Of a stretch of 64,000 nt of DNA, positions 28,106 to 41,781 are shown one piece after another. Positions within the stretch are counted from its first letter, which is position 1. Every line of letters starts with the position of its first letter. The position numbers and the translations under genes are program-made. Below the pieces are notes generated by a model. That model saw only the letters and a program-made list of their open reading frames with translations, was not told where the DNA came from and made no database searches. Location of the stretch: positions 62,682,001 through 62,746,000 of the forward strand of contig NC_042998.1 in NCBI RefSeq assembly GCF_006345805.1. Reading direction: 5' to 3'. The DNA comes from Octopus sinensis. Its lineage: Eukaryota.

Positions 28106-28619
28106 AGCGACAGTATATCGTCAGAGTGCTGTAAACGTTTTCTGCAACAGACATACCACAATACAACACCTCAATTCCCTCTATTTTGTGAGCAAGTAAT
28201 GCAAAACAGGTAGAAGGGCAGCGTGACCCTCATAATATGCTCGATATCAACAAACCACAATCAAAGGCCTTGGTGATGTATATACTATAGATAACAGTTA
28301 GGCTGACAGTGCATGATAACACACCAGAAGACTAAGTATGGGAAATAAAACTACGAAGAAAGAATATATTGCGATAATGAGCACACACGCGCACACACAT
28401 ATATATGTAAATATATTTAAATTGACAAACACACACACACACATGTTAAATTTACATTCACATATGTATATACATATTTACCGTTATCAGACAGCTATTT
28501 CATTAAGATAAACATCACTAAATGTATAGTTACTTAATTGGGATACCTAATTAATTTTATCTAAAGTAATTTGAAATGATTTTCTTCTTTTGTTCTACAT
28601 ATGTTTCTCTTAAAATCGT

Positions 28620-29140
28620 TTTAAGCGATTATTTATCTTTACAGGGAACTCGGTCGCATGTATATCAAAGCATTCGTGTTGCGGGTCCACGAAACTTTAA
28701 GTTGCATGGAGCCGAATCCATTTGTTATTAAATAACATGTAACTCTTCAAATGTGTTGAGGGCCACACACATTCGTTTGTCCCCTCACTTACATATATAC
28801 ATACAGATCAACAAGATCCCTTTGAACGAACAGCACATGGAATTAATATCTCCACACTATGCATTTGTGATAACAAAATATGAAATCCTATCGGAATTTA
28901 CATACCATAGACAAGAAGCCTCTTTCCCCATCCTACACAGCACTTTCCTTGGATAATGAAACTACAACTGTAACATCCAACATATATTCTTATTTTCGTA
29001 TTTCCCTTCATACTTCTTATATCTCTCCCTTTCCAATATAACTTCTTATATTGAACTCTACTATTTCATCCTGTTTAACTCTCTTACATCGTCTCTGGTG
29101 ATGGAATATCTTTTATGTCTCTGAAAGAGCTATAAGACTA
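28620..29140 (+). mobile_element. Probable PLE 3' relic ending in a decayed hammerhead
   Basis: Weak GIY-YIG-like traces, then a pyrimidine-rich segment and HHR similar to the reverse complement of 11467-11640. Confidence 0.35.
29091..29138 (+). ncRNA. Decayed hammerhead (A6G)
   Basis: gtct-CTGGTGA-...-GAAA-gagcta-TA-agac; same family as 11467-11520. Confidence 0.4.
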
Positions 29141-29269
29141 CCCTTCTCTTTATAAAATGTCCAAGAAATTGCACACTGACTTGACTATACATACATAAAT
29201 ACATACATACACTGCCGCTATCTCTCCAACACCACCATCCTCACAGGCACCCATCATCGACACTATTAC

Positions 29270-29593
29270 ATCACTGACTCCTTTACTTGCACTTCTAGCA
29301 ACGCCATTTACTGCATTTCCTGCTCTTTCTGCCCTTCTCTGTACATCGGTCAAAAGGGACGCTGTTTGGCTGACCAGTTCGCGCAGCACCTTCGAGACAT
29401 TAGACTCGGCAATGACACTCAGGTCTCGTACCATTTCCGCACTACCGGTCCTTCATTACAATAACTGCCTGTGTTCGGATTGTCTTTGCACAGGAGTCAT
29501 CCGGACACGCTCCTTCACCGTGAACAAGAATTTATCTTCTCTCTTAGTTCCTTTGCTCCGCATGGGCTTAACTACCCTCCCTTCTTTATCTGA
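29270..29593 (+). pseudogene. Penelope-like GIY-YIG endonuclease fragment (Neptune-type Cys pattern)
   Basis: FTCTSSNAIYCISCSFCPSLYIGQKGRCLADQFAQHLRDI...REQEFIFSLSSFAPHGLN with one in-frame stop. Confidence 0.85.
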
Positions 29594-30162
29594 CTCCCAC
29601 CAACTCTCTTCCTCTAATACCTAATTCCTCTCCTCACTCCTACAAACCTTATCCCTTCATTGATACCCTCTGTCTACCCCCACCCCCACACATCCCACTT
29701 TCACTTACCCAACTTCTACCCTACAGCCTCACTCTACTCCCACATCTTCACCCCTACATACTCACCCCAAACCCACAGCCCACCCTCACATCTCCACACC
29801 CGAACACCACCACACCACACTACACACCACCTCACCACCTCACACTACCCCACAATACTCAGCACATACTAGCACTGACCACTTCCCAACACCCACACCA
29901 TCATCCACACACGCACACAGTACAGACGCAGACATACACGCACTCATCCACACGTCAAAGTAACCAACTCCTAACAACACGCACACACCTACACACTCTC
30001 ATATACACACACGCACGCACATCTTCGTTTTGGGATCACCAGTACTTTATTATCTTCCCTTCTTCCTAGTTCCCCTGTCTAACTACCTTTGTCCAACTAG
30101 TCGCCATGATTGACGGCTAACTCCAAAACTTTTTCTATTGTGTCTGTTTATTTCTTCGTGTT

Positions 30163-30200
30163 TCTTTCTGTTGAAGAGCGTTTGCTCGAAACGTAAGAGA
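30163..30200 (+). ncRNA. Hammerhead-like motif, core variant CUGUUGA, downstream of a PLE GIY-YIG fragment
   Basis: tcttt-CTGTTGA-a-gagc gttt gctc-GAAA-cg-TA-agaga. Confidence 0.55.
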
Positions 30201-30501
30201 CGTACCCACCTTTCCGAGCGTCAAATACACCTGCTTGTTGTTTATACACCTGTCTTCGTCTTCTGTTTTTCTGCGACCTGTTCACTGACAAAACTTCGTG
30301 CTACATCTCATATATATATATATATACAGATATATATATATATATTTTTTTTTTAAATAATATATATATATATATATATCACAATCAAGGAACGGCCATA
30401 ATAGGCCATTCACCCACTAGAAATAACAGCCAAAAGCTTCAACCGCAAAATAACATCAATTCCGTAAACCAGGAGAAAATTAAAAAACATTTACCCTGTA
30501 A

Positions 30502-30604
30502 TTCTTATACGATGCACCGTTTCATCTACTGTTTAATGGTAAACTAACCTGATTAAATTAAATCAAGCCAATCTACCATAGGCCCTTAGAATCATCAGTA
30601 AGAA
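30502..30604 (-). ncRNA. Type I hammerhead ribozyme, array copy 1
   Basis: Minus strand: ttctta-CTGATGA-long helix II-GAAA-cggtgcatcg-TA-taagaa. Stem I 6 bp; predicted cleavage after GUA between 30508 and 30507. Confidence 0.8.
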
Positions 30605-30994
30605 ATAGCCAAGTCGGAACAGATATTTTTCACGAGGCATTTCCGTCCCTGCCTCGGCAATATCTGACCTAAAATTTTCAAATCATCGCACTCGCGCCAA
30701 ACTTATCGGCAGCAAATAAATATAAGCCGCCGATTCCATTACGGAATTAACCAGAAAATTCATAATTAATCAATATAGGGTGGCAAAAAATTTTGTAGAA
30801 TTTTTTTTTTTTGCCACCAGCGGCCTAGTGGGAAAAAAATTAAATAGTCATAGACCATTTTTAAGTTCAACATCACAATCAAGGAACGGCCATAATAGGC
30901 CATTCACCCACTAGAAATAACAGCCAAAAGCTTCAACCGCAAAATAACATCAATTCCGTAAACCAGGAGAAAATTAAAAAACATTTACCCTGTA

Positions 30995-31101
30995 ATTTCT
31001 TATACGATGCACCGTTTCATCTACTGTTTAATGGTAAACTAACCTGATTAAATTAAATCAAGCCAATCTACCATAGGCCCTTAGAATCATCAGTAAGAAA
31101 T
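30995..31101 (-). ncRNA. Type I hammerhead ribozyme, array copy 2
   Basis: atttctta-CTGATGA-ttcta...tagat-GAAA-cggtgcatcg-TA-taagaaat. Stem I 8 bp, near-palindromic stem III, about 70-nt extended helix II. Confidence 0.85.
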
Positions 31102-31484
31102 AGCCAAGTCGGAACAGATATTTTTCACGAGGCATTTCCGTCCCTGCCTCGGCAATATCTGACCTAAAATTTTCAAATCATCGCACTCGCGCCAAATTTA
31201 TCGGCAGCAAATAAATATAAGCCGCCGATTCCATTACGGAATTAACCAGAAAATTCATAATTAATCAATATAGGGTGGCAAAAAATTTTGTAGAATTTTT
31301 TTGCCACCAGCGGCCTAGTGGGAAAAAAATTAAATAGTCATAGACCATTTTTAAGTTCAACATCACAATCAAGGAACGGCCATAATAGGCCATTCACCCA
31401 CTAGAAATAACAGCCAAAAGCTTCAACCGCAAAATAACATCAATTCCGTAAACCAGGAGAAAATTAAAAAACATTTACCCTGTA

Positions 31485-31591
31485 ATTTCTTATACGATGC
31501 ACCGTTTCATCTACTGTTTAATGGTAAACTAACCTGATTAAATTAAATCAAGCCAATCTACCATAGGCCCTTAGAATCATCAGTAAGAAAT
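31485..31591 (-). ncRNA. Type I hammerhead ribozyme, array copy 3
   Basis: Same sequence as copy 2. Confidence 0.85.
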
Positions 31592-31701
31592 AGCCAAGTC
31601 GGAACAGATATTTTTCACGAGGCATTTCCGTCCCTGCCTCGGCAATATCTGACCTAAAATTTTCAAATCATCGCACTCGCGCCAAATTTATCGGCCAAAT
31701 C

Positions 31702-31732
<31 letters not shown>

Positions 31733-31749
31733 TATATACAGATATACCA

Positions 31750-32010
31750 ACAAGCACTCAGTCAGTTAGGACGGTAAGTGTTCCAGTTAATTCGTGCAAG
31801 TGACGGAGTACTCCACAGACACATGTACCGTTAATGTAGCTCTGAAGGGGATTCAGCGTTATCCACAATGTGGTAAGGCTGAGTGGTCAGGAACAATATG
31901 AAATAAAGTGTCTTGCCCAAGGACACAACACACCGCCGGGAATTACACCAAATACCATAGATCGTGAACCGAATATCCTAATCAGTAAACCATGTGCATT
32001 CACATACGCA
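31750..32010 (-). mobile_element. tRNA-headed SINE, decayed
   Basis: Core and family-B-like tail on the minus strand. Confidence 0.6.
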
Positions 32011-33292
32011 ACTCACATCAATGTATACATAGAACCATCGCCCTTGCTAATTCCCACATGAACGCCCAAACTCCTTATCATCATTATTGAGGGAGACATC
32101 AATGGACACAATAGGTATGAAACAAATCGGTCTATAAACAAAACAGAAAATATAAGATACGATATAATATCACCAACACGAAACTCCCTTTCCATCATAA
32201 AGAACACATGTCAACATAAGCAAAAATAACTAAAAAATAAAATGAAAAGAAATAACGAAAAAAAAAAACCTATTTTGAACTGGTTTCACAAGGAAACAAA
32301 ACGACAGTCTGCAGAATTCAATAATACCAGAATTATTAATATCGACAATGTAATGCGGATATCCAGGAAAATAATTGTAGACACATCTAAAATTCAGATC
32401 ACAGAAGGCAACATGAACATAAAACATGAATTATACATTAGATATAGCGAAATGGGTGAACTCTAAGGACAAACAACACACCAACACCACGCAGAAATGA
32501 AATAACAACGAACAACTAAACATGAATATAATAAAGAAAGCGATGTAATATTCATTGCTATTACGTTCTGGAAGATTCGAACGTAAATGTCTGATCGCTC
32601 TTGTTTTTCATCATCAGAAAACAGTCTCTGCATTTCGATGATGTGTACTTATAGCATTCAATTCATAGGTTCCTTGATGGATGGGGACTTCGAGACACCA
32701 TGATGTTTCGATCTCGTTGTGTGTCTCCTCAGTGGAAGATTATCTGCGGGACCGATTATTTTCCCGAAAGCACGAGTAATTATTTGTTGATGTGTGCTGC
32801 GGTGTACCAAATAGGTGACAATACGAGAAAAGGAGCATGTAGAACAGTGAAGATCAAAAAAATCAACATATCTATTAATTTTTAATATATTCTAGCAGGT
32901 TCAAACGTAGATGCCCGATCGCTGTTGTCTTACGCTACGGCAGAATATATAATATAAATCACAAAAACCTAGAAAAATGGAAAATGTATTTCTCCAAATA
33001 GTGAAACACGACTCGGAGTAAGTGTAACTAACAGCATCAGCGGTATCAATGTCAAAACTAACAACGTAAACAACTATTGCAACAAATCCCACGTACAATA
33101 TTCATCAGAAATAACCTGAAATAATAAATGCACTGATTCTAAGTATAAAAATATTTACTAACACAACTCTATTTGAAAAGCAGTCGGCATAAACCGTACA
33201 CGGTGACAAAGTGAAACTGAAAAATGTATATTTAAATAATTAAGGTGATGTCATACCCTTGACCAATTCTCACACCAATAACAGCAATAACA

Positions 33293-33363
<71 letters not shown>

Positions 33364-33369
33364 CGTGTA

Positions 33370-33655
33370 TATATATTTCTATATATCATTTTTGGATTTG
33401 GTTTGCAAGAATCTTTATGTGAGTTCGTGTGTTGAAGCATATTCTGTTGTCTAGGGAGAGTCACTCTCTTTTGGTGCCTTATCATTTAAAACACACACTG
33501 GTAAAATTTCGAGTTATTTCTTTTTTATTTTTCTAAAAGTTGCAAGACGCTACAAAAATTTCAGAAAAAAAAAGGGGAAATTTTACCGGTGAGTGTGTTA
33601 AATTATAAGGCACCAAAAGAGAATAACTCTGCCCAGATACAACAGAATATTTATG

Positions 33656-33694
<39 letters not shown>

Positions 33695-34052
33695 AGAGCA
33701 ACGATACTGGAGATTCAGTATCCATCACGTTGCAAGGTTATGAGTTGAAAACATGTTGAAAACATATATAAAAAGTGGAAGAGAAATTCCTTCGTTTCAC
33801 ATAGATTTATATCTTTTTATAAAGAATTTTTCATATATATATGTCGAGATATCCAACCAGTTTTCGCTATTTAAATTAGCTTTTCAAGGGACATTATGAA
33901 GTAATCATTTCTTGTGACAAAGAAGTCTCAAACATTTCTTTATGAAAAGATATTAAAATATGTGAACCGAAGGCATTTCTCTGCCACTTTATGTATATGT
34001 TTTCCACATATTTTCAACCTATATATATATAGAAGACATCTATATATATATC

Positions 34053-34083
<31 letters not shown>

Positions 34084-35105
34084 TATAGATGTCTTCCCTA
34101 TGTACGTCATGCATAGAAGGTGCTTGTAAAGACATGAACATGACGTAAGTAGTGGAGACATATAGGAGCATTGCGAAACGACTAAATGGACATCTGGGAC
34201 AATATGACGACAAAAAACAGTCCTCCATATTCTACCAACATGTCAAAGACCACCATGAAGGCAACTTGGGTCAACTTGACATCCAAATTTTATCCAAGCA
34301 CCCAAAAGACCCAACACTCAGACAAATACGGGAGTACGTTCTTATAAATGAAAACATTCCAATACTAAATAGGAAATATACATAGGAGATATCATACCTC
34401 CATACCCACAGTTTACACAGGTAGAATAGAATAGTTAGTGGACTGTTATGTAGATGTATGTATGTGTGAGTGTGAGTGTGAGCGTGTGTGTATGCTCATG
34501 TATTTTTTGTATGTAAGCATATAGATATAAAAATATACAGATCAACATAAAGACGGATAGGTACATAGATTATAAGAACAGACGGGCACATATATGCAAA
34601 TGGAGACTGAAAAACATGACCATATACGCTCACGCACACATACATAGAAAATACACAAACGCGGACATGCAAGCACATGAATATGCAGAATACATACATA
34701 GAGACGCGCACACATACAGATGCCCACACATACATACATATATACATATGCATAAACACACATATATACATAAACACGCATCCATACATACATGCGCACA
34801 TACGTACATACATGCATGCATACAAAGACACACACACACACACATATTGACTCACACACATGCGCACAAACATACAAAACGGAAGGCAGAGTGAATAACG
34901 GACAGAGTCAAGACTATTGAAAATGTCGCAAGACGCAACGAAAATTTTAGGAAAATAGAAATAAGAAATAAGTGGAAATTTTACCAGTGAGTTTGTTACA
35001 TCATAAGGCGCAAAAGAAAATGACTCTCCCCGGACACAACAGAATATGCTTCAACACACGAACTCATATAAAGAATCTTGCAAACCAAATCCCAAAACGA
35101 AACAT
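33370..35105 (+). mobile_element. Penelope-like element relic with GIY-YIG fragment (34130-34385) and inverted terminal segments
   Basis: ETYRSIAKRL.GH....SSIFYQHV.DHH...RQIREYVLI.ENIPILNRK. 33380-33540 is an inverted copy of 34940-35100, and 33441-33649 is a local foldback. Confidence 0.7.
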
Positions 35106-35106
35106 C

Positions 35107-35140
<34 letters not shown>

Positions 35141-35399
35141 ATTTATATTATATATTATCAAAATTTCATAAGCGGGTCCACATAACGGGTTCATCAGTTC
35201 CGTACAGTGAGCCGTCGTTCGCGAAGGAGGATGAGTTGGAAATGTACCATACTTTCGCTAATTGTTTGAGTGCTTATATAGTTGCAAGCTGACATAGATA
35301 CTCTCTCGCCCTTCCATCCTTGACCTCGCGGATCATCGAAGTTGTAATAACTGGGAGGAACAAGGGTTGCACAAACACCCAGCTGGTAACTATTATAGC

Positions 35400-36200
35400 T
35401 GAACAAACTGGAACAAGAAGAAATTAACTACTTTGCTGAATAAAGCATCACAGCAGCATACACAATAATCCACTAAATATGAATAGCATTCAGCTAGGGA
35501 CCTCACAGTAGCTCCAAATTTTGGAATGCGCTGGCATCAACGATCTCTTCTAGCGAAATCACATAATTTAATATAGCTGGGGTTGCATCGCAAAGATTGG
35601 CCCTTCTTTTCAGGGCCAGTAAATATATGAACTTCCGACAGCTGTTGACACTCTACAGGGCCGTGCGTACAGGTCTCATTTGCAGACAAAATCCACAAGT
35701 GAGTACTGTGTCCAGATCTGTGACCGAGTTGCTACAATGCGGGGTTCATATAACCTTTGAGGGTCCGTATCACCTTTGAGGGTCCATTGTTGTTAATATT
35801 TATGTATAATAATTTGGTTTTACTTCTACAATACACAAAATATTTGAGCAATTTTTTAAATACAATTTCTAATAATATTTAACTCTAAAAATATAAAGGG
35901 ATTTTGTTTAAGGACCGAGTGAAATCCCAATAAAATAGGAATCATTGAGTCCATATGTAAAAAAAAAATGGCCGTGAAACACTCTCCAGAGAAAGACTAT
36001 TCGGCTGGCATCAATAATTACGGCACCTGATCCACCGGTTTGCTGTCTTCTCACTCTAATTATTTGTTACTACCAGAATATTGTCTTCTCGAAACTCACT
36101 GATGTTGTACCCTCCCCATTATGGAAACTCGACCCACTTATCTATCCACTGTTCCTCACATTTGCTTCGTCCAACCTCCTAAATACCCGAAAGAAATATT
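35400..36200 (+). mobile_element. Jockey/CR1-like LINE RT C-terminal relic
   Basis: IGLLFRASKY..QLLTLY...EYC.QI pattern recognisable across frameshifts; heavily decayed. Confidence 0.5.
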
Positions 36201-36528
36201 ATTCCCAGTGATTTCTCACATGAACATGAACCCTTTAGAATATTCTCCCTGATAATGTTCTTCTTGCAAAAATTCAAATGGACCCTTAATGGTATGAGAA
36301 CCACCTGCATTGAAAGTCCCTGTAAAAATCGGGCAGCAACTCTTCCTCCGGACACGACAATTACAATAAATGACTAAAAGGACAAAACTGTAGCTTAGTT
36401 CAGGAATTGAACCCACGACTTTATTATCATAATCCGAACAGCCTAAACACAAGACTACAGTCACTTAAGAAGGCACATCATAGACACATAAACTGCTTTG
36501 GTATGTTCTTAGTCGTTATTTTAGTTAA

Positions 36529-36930
36529 TCAGGCGGCGAGCTGGCAGAAACGTTAGCACGCCGGGCGAAATGCGTAGCCGTATTTCGTCTGCCGTTATGA
36601 GTTCAAATTCCGCCAAGGTCGACTTTGCCTTTCATCTTTGCGGGGTCGATTAAATAAGTAGCAGTTACGCACTGGGGTCGATATAATCGACTTAATCCGT
36701 TTGTCTGTCCTTGTTTGTCCTCTTTGTGTTTAGCCCCTTGTGGGTAGTAAAGAAATAGGTATTTCGTCCGTCGCTACGTCCTGAGTTCAAATTCAGCCGA
36801 GTTTGGCTTTGTTTTTTTATCTTTTCATGGTCGATGAAATAAGAACCAGTTGTGTACTGGAGTCGATGCGATCGACTAATCCCTTCACCACAAATTTGAG
36901 GCTTTGTGCCTTTAGTAGAAAGGATTATTT
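36529..36930 (+). mobile_element. SINE family C (ggcggcgagctggcagaaacgttagc head), with second core fragment
   Basis: gagttcaaattccgcc.aggtcgactttgcc core. Related fragments at 5330-5445 (-), 13790-13880, 41000-41220 and 55040-55300. Confidence 0.75.
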
Positions 36931-37311
36931 TAGTTAATCAATCACACACACAAAACACAACATATACGCGCGCAGACGTGTACGATATTTACCGTTTATT
37001 TATGATTTGGTGAAGAGATATTTTGGTCAAATCGTACGGGAACGGCAAGTAGCAGATACTTTGATCTCCATTGTGTGTTACACTTTCATTTTTTGGTGTA
37101 TACACTCGCATGATCAGAATTATCTACAGACACACAGACACAAAGATATTCACACCCATGCTTGCACGTCCGAGCACACGCACACATATATAAATCAAAA
37201 TATATGTGTATGTATATGCGTGTGTATATACATATATACCAATACAGAGTTGTACATATATATATATATATATACACATACATACATACATACATACATA
37301 CATACATACAT

Positions 37312-37343
<32 letters not shown>

Positions 37344-37377
37344 CACACACACACATATATATATACATATATATATT

Positions 37378-37880
<503 letters not shown>

Positions 37881-38547
37881 ATATATATATATATATATAC
37901 ATACATACAAAGTATGTATGTATCGATTAATCGTATGTACGGACACATTATCAATTCAGTGAACCACGAGACTAAATATACTTGCAGACAGCAAAACAGA
38001 AAGTTCTAGAAGGAAAGATTAGTAGCAATATTGTATTTATAAGCAGACATACTTTGCCATCTATTACTTCAACATCACTAAAGGAAATATTTGTTTTCTT
38101 TGATGTTGGCAAATACATATCAGCGAATGGAGTTTAGAGCTTGCTCGTACAAACAGTAATGTTAAATAAATGACAACTACTACACACACATCATGCACCC
38201 CACCACAGAGAGATAAAGAGAGAGAGAGAGAGAGAGAGGGGGGAAGAGGGAGAGAGAGAGAGATTTACGCAAACGTGAGCAAGGTCTCACACGAACATAC
38301 ATACAATCATATTTAGCCCTTCCCTGTCGATAAGTAATTGTATCTTTATATTGCATATGAGTGTATCTGTTTGAGTATATTTATATATAATTATGCGGAC
38401 ATACAAATATATGTTTCTTCATCCATCCATTAATGTATGTACACGCATACATGCATACGCTTTCGCTTTCCTGCACAGAAAATGACATATACACGCGTAT
38501 ATGTATATCTCAAAACACACACGCACATACACACACACACACACATC

Positions 38548-38740
38548 GCAGTCGAGCGCGCATGGCCTAGTGTTAGGGTGGTCGCACATGCGCGATCTCG
38601 GGACCGTGGTTCGAATTCCTAGACCGGGTGATGCGTTGCGTTCTGGAGCAAAGCACTTCATCCGCCATCACTTCGACAGCAGACGTGTGGTGCACCGAGA
38701 AATCGTTCAGGCAATATCGATTTAATTGAGGGAGCGAGCC
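38548..38740 (+). mobile_element. tRNA-headed SINE fragment
   Basis: tggcctagtgttaggg...ggttcgaattcc. Confidence 0.7.
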
Positions 38741-38747
38741 AATGTAC

Positions 38748-38786
<39 letters not shown>

Positions 38787-39005
38787 GCGCATTGGGACAG
38801 TGGGTCTCCAAGCACTTAAAGCTACAAGGAACGACGTGTAAATATTAGTCAGAAAACCACAGGGGATAGAAAAAGTAGGAAGCTGTCAGTGGGACCCGTA
38901 CCTACACCACCTGTAAATAAGGTAAATATGACAAACTTCAACTTTTCTACATTATTTACATTATTTACATTTGACGAATATTTGTCCTCATCTTGTTTGT
39001 TGTTA

Positions 39006-39049
39006 ACGCAACGTTTCGGCTAATATACCCTCCAGCCTTCTTCAGGTGT
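39006..39049 (-). ncRNA. Minimal type I hammerhead ribozyme (PLE type)
   Basis: acac-CTGAAGA-a-ggct...agcc-GAAA-cg-TT-gcgt. Palindromic ACGT stem III; one mismatch in stem I. Confidence 0.75.
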
Positions 39050-39329
39050 CTTGGAAGAAGGCTAGCACTGTGGCTGACTCTCTTCATCATCTGTCGACTA
39101 GTAGGCACAATGATTTCGACTTCTTCTGGTATTTGGATCTCTGATCACGAGCATGAGTAGTGGGGGACCATCATAGCCATGCGTTGAGAGATTTTTGGGG
39201 GTTTGAATAATGGAACACTGGACATATTGGTGTTTCGTTCATCATCCTTAGCCAACCCTTATTCAAGTAATTGAAGAAAATTCTAACTGCATCCCAGACT
39301 GTAGGGTGTTGCGGTGTTTGTCTTGATAT

Positions 39330-39510
39330 GAGGTCACCGTATCTCGCACATGTGATTGTGATGCATGTGCCTGGTGTACCCTTATCAGACGGGTAGTCAT
39401 AATGGGCAGGTTGGGCTTCATATATTTGTACCTCAGCGTTGCTTTGATGGCGCGTGCTGTTCTCTCACTCAGCAGCAGCAGCAGCAACAACAACAACAAC
39501 AACAATAACT
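39330..39510 (+). mobile_element. RTE-like retroposon 3' tail with (CAG)n(CAA)n end
   Basis: tgtacccttatcagacgggtagtcat...ctctcactc followed by a trinucleotide tail; clade assignment is from recall. Confidence 0.4.
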
Positions 39511-39533
39511 ATTATTTTGTGTTATATTACGAC

Positions 39534-39850
39534 AACTTATAACAATCCTTACTACTGTAGGCACAAGGCTTGAAATTTAGGGGAAGGGATTAATCTCGAT
39601 TATGTCGACCCCAGTGGGTAACTGGTACTTATTTAATCGACCCCGAAAGGATGAAAGGCAAGCAAAGACGACCTCGACGGAATTTGAACTCACGACAACT
39701 TATAATAATCCTTTCTACTGTAGGCACAAGGCTTGAAAATTGGGGGAAGGGATCAAGTCGATCACATCGACCACAGTGCGTAACTGGTACTTAAACGACC
39801 CCGAAAGGATGAACGGCAATGTCGACCTCCACGGAATTTGAACTCAGGAA
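39534..39850 (-). mobile_element. Two tandem SINE family C core copies (period about 160 bp)
   Basis: actgtaggcacaaggcttgaaa...gaccccgaaaggatgaa...ggaatttgaactc, twice. Confidence 0.75.
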
Positions 39851-40327
39851 AACTTATAATAATGATCCATAATATTTCAATGAATAACTATATGATATCA
39901 GTATATAGTATACTTCTGTTGAATATTGAAGAGTGAATGATTAAAATTATATTTATAAGGAGAAGGATTTGTGGTCAAGTGATTAGAGTATTTAGCTCAC
40001 GATCCTAATCTCATAGTTTCATTTCTTGGACGGGGCCATGCCTTGTATCTATAAAAGCAGGGCACATCGTTTTACGTAATATTGCCTCAATTTACTCAAC
40101 AAACAAAAAAGAAGGACCAATCGCCTGCTGGTACAACCGTGTCTGCTTCCATCTATTACATAATGGATGTCGCTAAGTCAAATTGTGGTGCAGTTAGTGA
40201 GGGTGTGTACGTCTGCTCGCAACTACTTAGGCATTTCATATAATTAGAGAAAGTGTGCTACATGTTAGCAAGTCATACTCACTCGTAGGTAGCAGATATC
40301 TTTGAACTTGTTCATGTATTTTACGAA

Positions 40328-40512
40328 CAGGTGTGGCTGTGTGGTAAGAAGCTTGCTTCCCAACCACACTGTTCCGGGTTCAGTCCCGATAGAACAAGTA
40401 CTAGGCTTACAAAGAATAAGTGTTGGAGTGGATTCGTTCGACTAAAGGTGGTGCTCCAACCTGGTTATAGTCGAATGACTGAAACAAGTTAAAGAATAAA
40501 AGAAAAAGAACA
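40328..40512 (+). mobile_element. SINE family A, internally deleted
   Basis: Head joined directly to tail. Confidence 0.75.
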
Positions 40513-40664
40513 GTAATTCAAGTAAGCTCAGACCATTATTCATTTTTAGCAAAGAAGTGTGAGGCAGAAAGGAAAATAACTCTAAATACATTAAGATGTG
40601 CTGTGTGGCGCTCTTTCATAATATGAACCTTTTATTCATAATCTTACTAATTATTACATTGACA

Positions 40665-40965
40665 GTGGAGTTACATGGCCTAGGAGTTAGAGCAACGGAC
40701 TCGTGGTCGAGGGATCGTGGGTTCGAATCTCAGACCAGGCGATGTGTTTGTTTATGAGCGAAACACCTAAGCTCCACGCGACTCCGGCAGAAGGTAATGG
40801 CGAACTTCTACTGACTCTTTCGCCACAACTTTCTCTCACTCTTTACTCCTGTATCTTGCAGCTCACCTGCGACGGATCGGCGTCCCGTCTAGGTGGGGAA
40901 CCTATACGCCAAGGAAACCGGGAAACCGGCCCTTATGAGCCAGGCATGGCTCGAGAAAGAACAAA
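40665..40965 (+). mobile_element. SINE family B variant
   Basis: Head and body match 5695-6000. Confidence 0.8.
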
Positions 40966-41698
40966 CAAACATTACACTGGCAAAATTATAATGGAACTAA
41001 ACTATGCAGTGAATGGACAGAATTGTTGGCACGCCAAACAAAATGCGTAGCGATATTTCCTCCCGTCTTTGAGTTATGAGTTCAAATATCACCGAGTACA
41101 ACTTTACTTCAAGGGGACAATAAAATAATTACGAATTGAATAATTGGATCGATGTAGTCGATCAGTCTCCTTCTTCAAATTCCCGGCCTTATACCTGTTG
41201 TAGAAAGGATTATAAAACTAAACTATCGTAGGAAGTAGTGCATAGTGGTACTTAGATATTTATAATATTCTTAATTTATTGTAAAATAATTATGATGCAT
41301 CTATGATAAATATTGATAAGTTTATATTAAGTTTGATATGATCAGATGAAAGTAGGCTCATTATTGTTGCAGAAGGTGATATGCTAATGAGACTAGCAGA
41401 TGTGATCTTCTTGTAAAAATGTAACGATTAAACTCGTCATGTGATCTAAAATAGCAGCTCCTTTTTATAGATTAGGCATTTAGTCATAATAACACTTCCA
41501 TAAGCTACATATGCAATCAAGGAACGTAACTGTGGTTTCTGATCGATGGAATTCAATTCAGCTGTATTGATTGTTCATCAATATCGTTAGTAGAGCGTTA
41601 ATGCTTTCCAGGTGAATGTTAAAACGAAAAAGAAAACATCTATATTTATTTATTACTCCCACTTTCCCTTTTCTCTCAATATGCAAACCACACACGCT

Positions 41699-41700
<2 letters not shown>

Positions 41701-41776
<76 letters not shown>
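41701..41776. repeat. (TA)n microsatellite
   Basis: Direct inspection. Confidence 0.95.

Positions 41777-41781
<5 letters not shown>

Larger units (their letters stand above)
30378..31696 (-). mobile_element. Tandem array (about 2.7 copies, 490-495 bp unit) of a non-coding hammerhead-ribozyme element; retrozyme-like or tandem PLE pLTR
   Basis: Unit start acaatcaaggaacggcc recurs at 30381, 30875 and 31365. Copies are nearly identical, differing mainly in a T-run, carry one intact HHR each, have no ORF, and are flanked by (TA)n on both sides. Confidence 0.85.
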
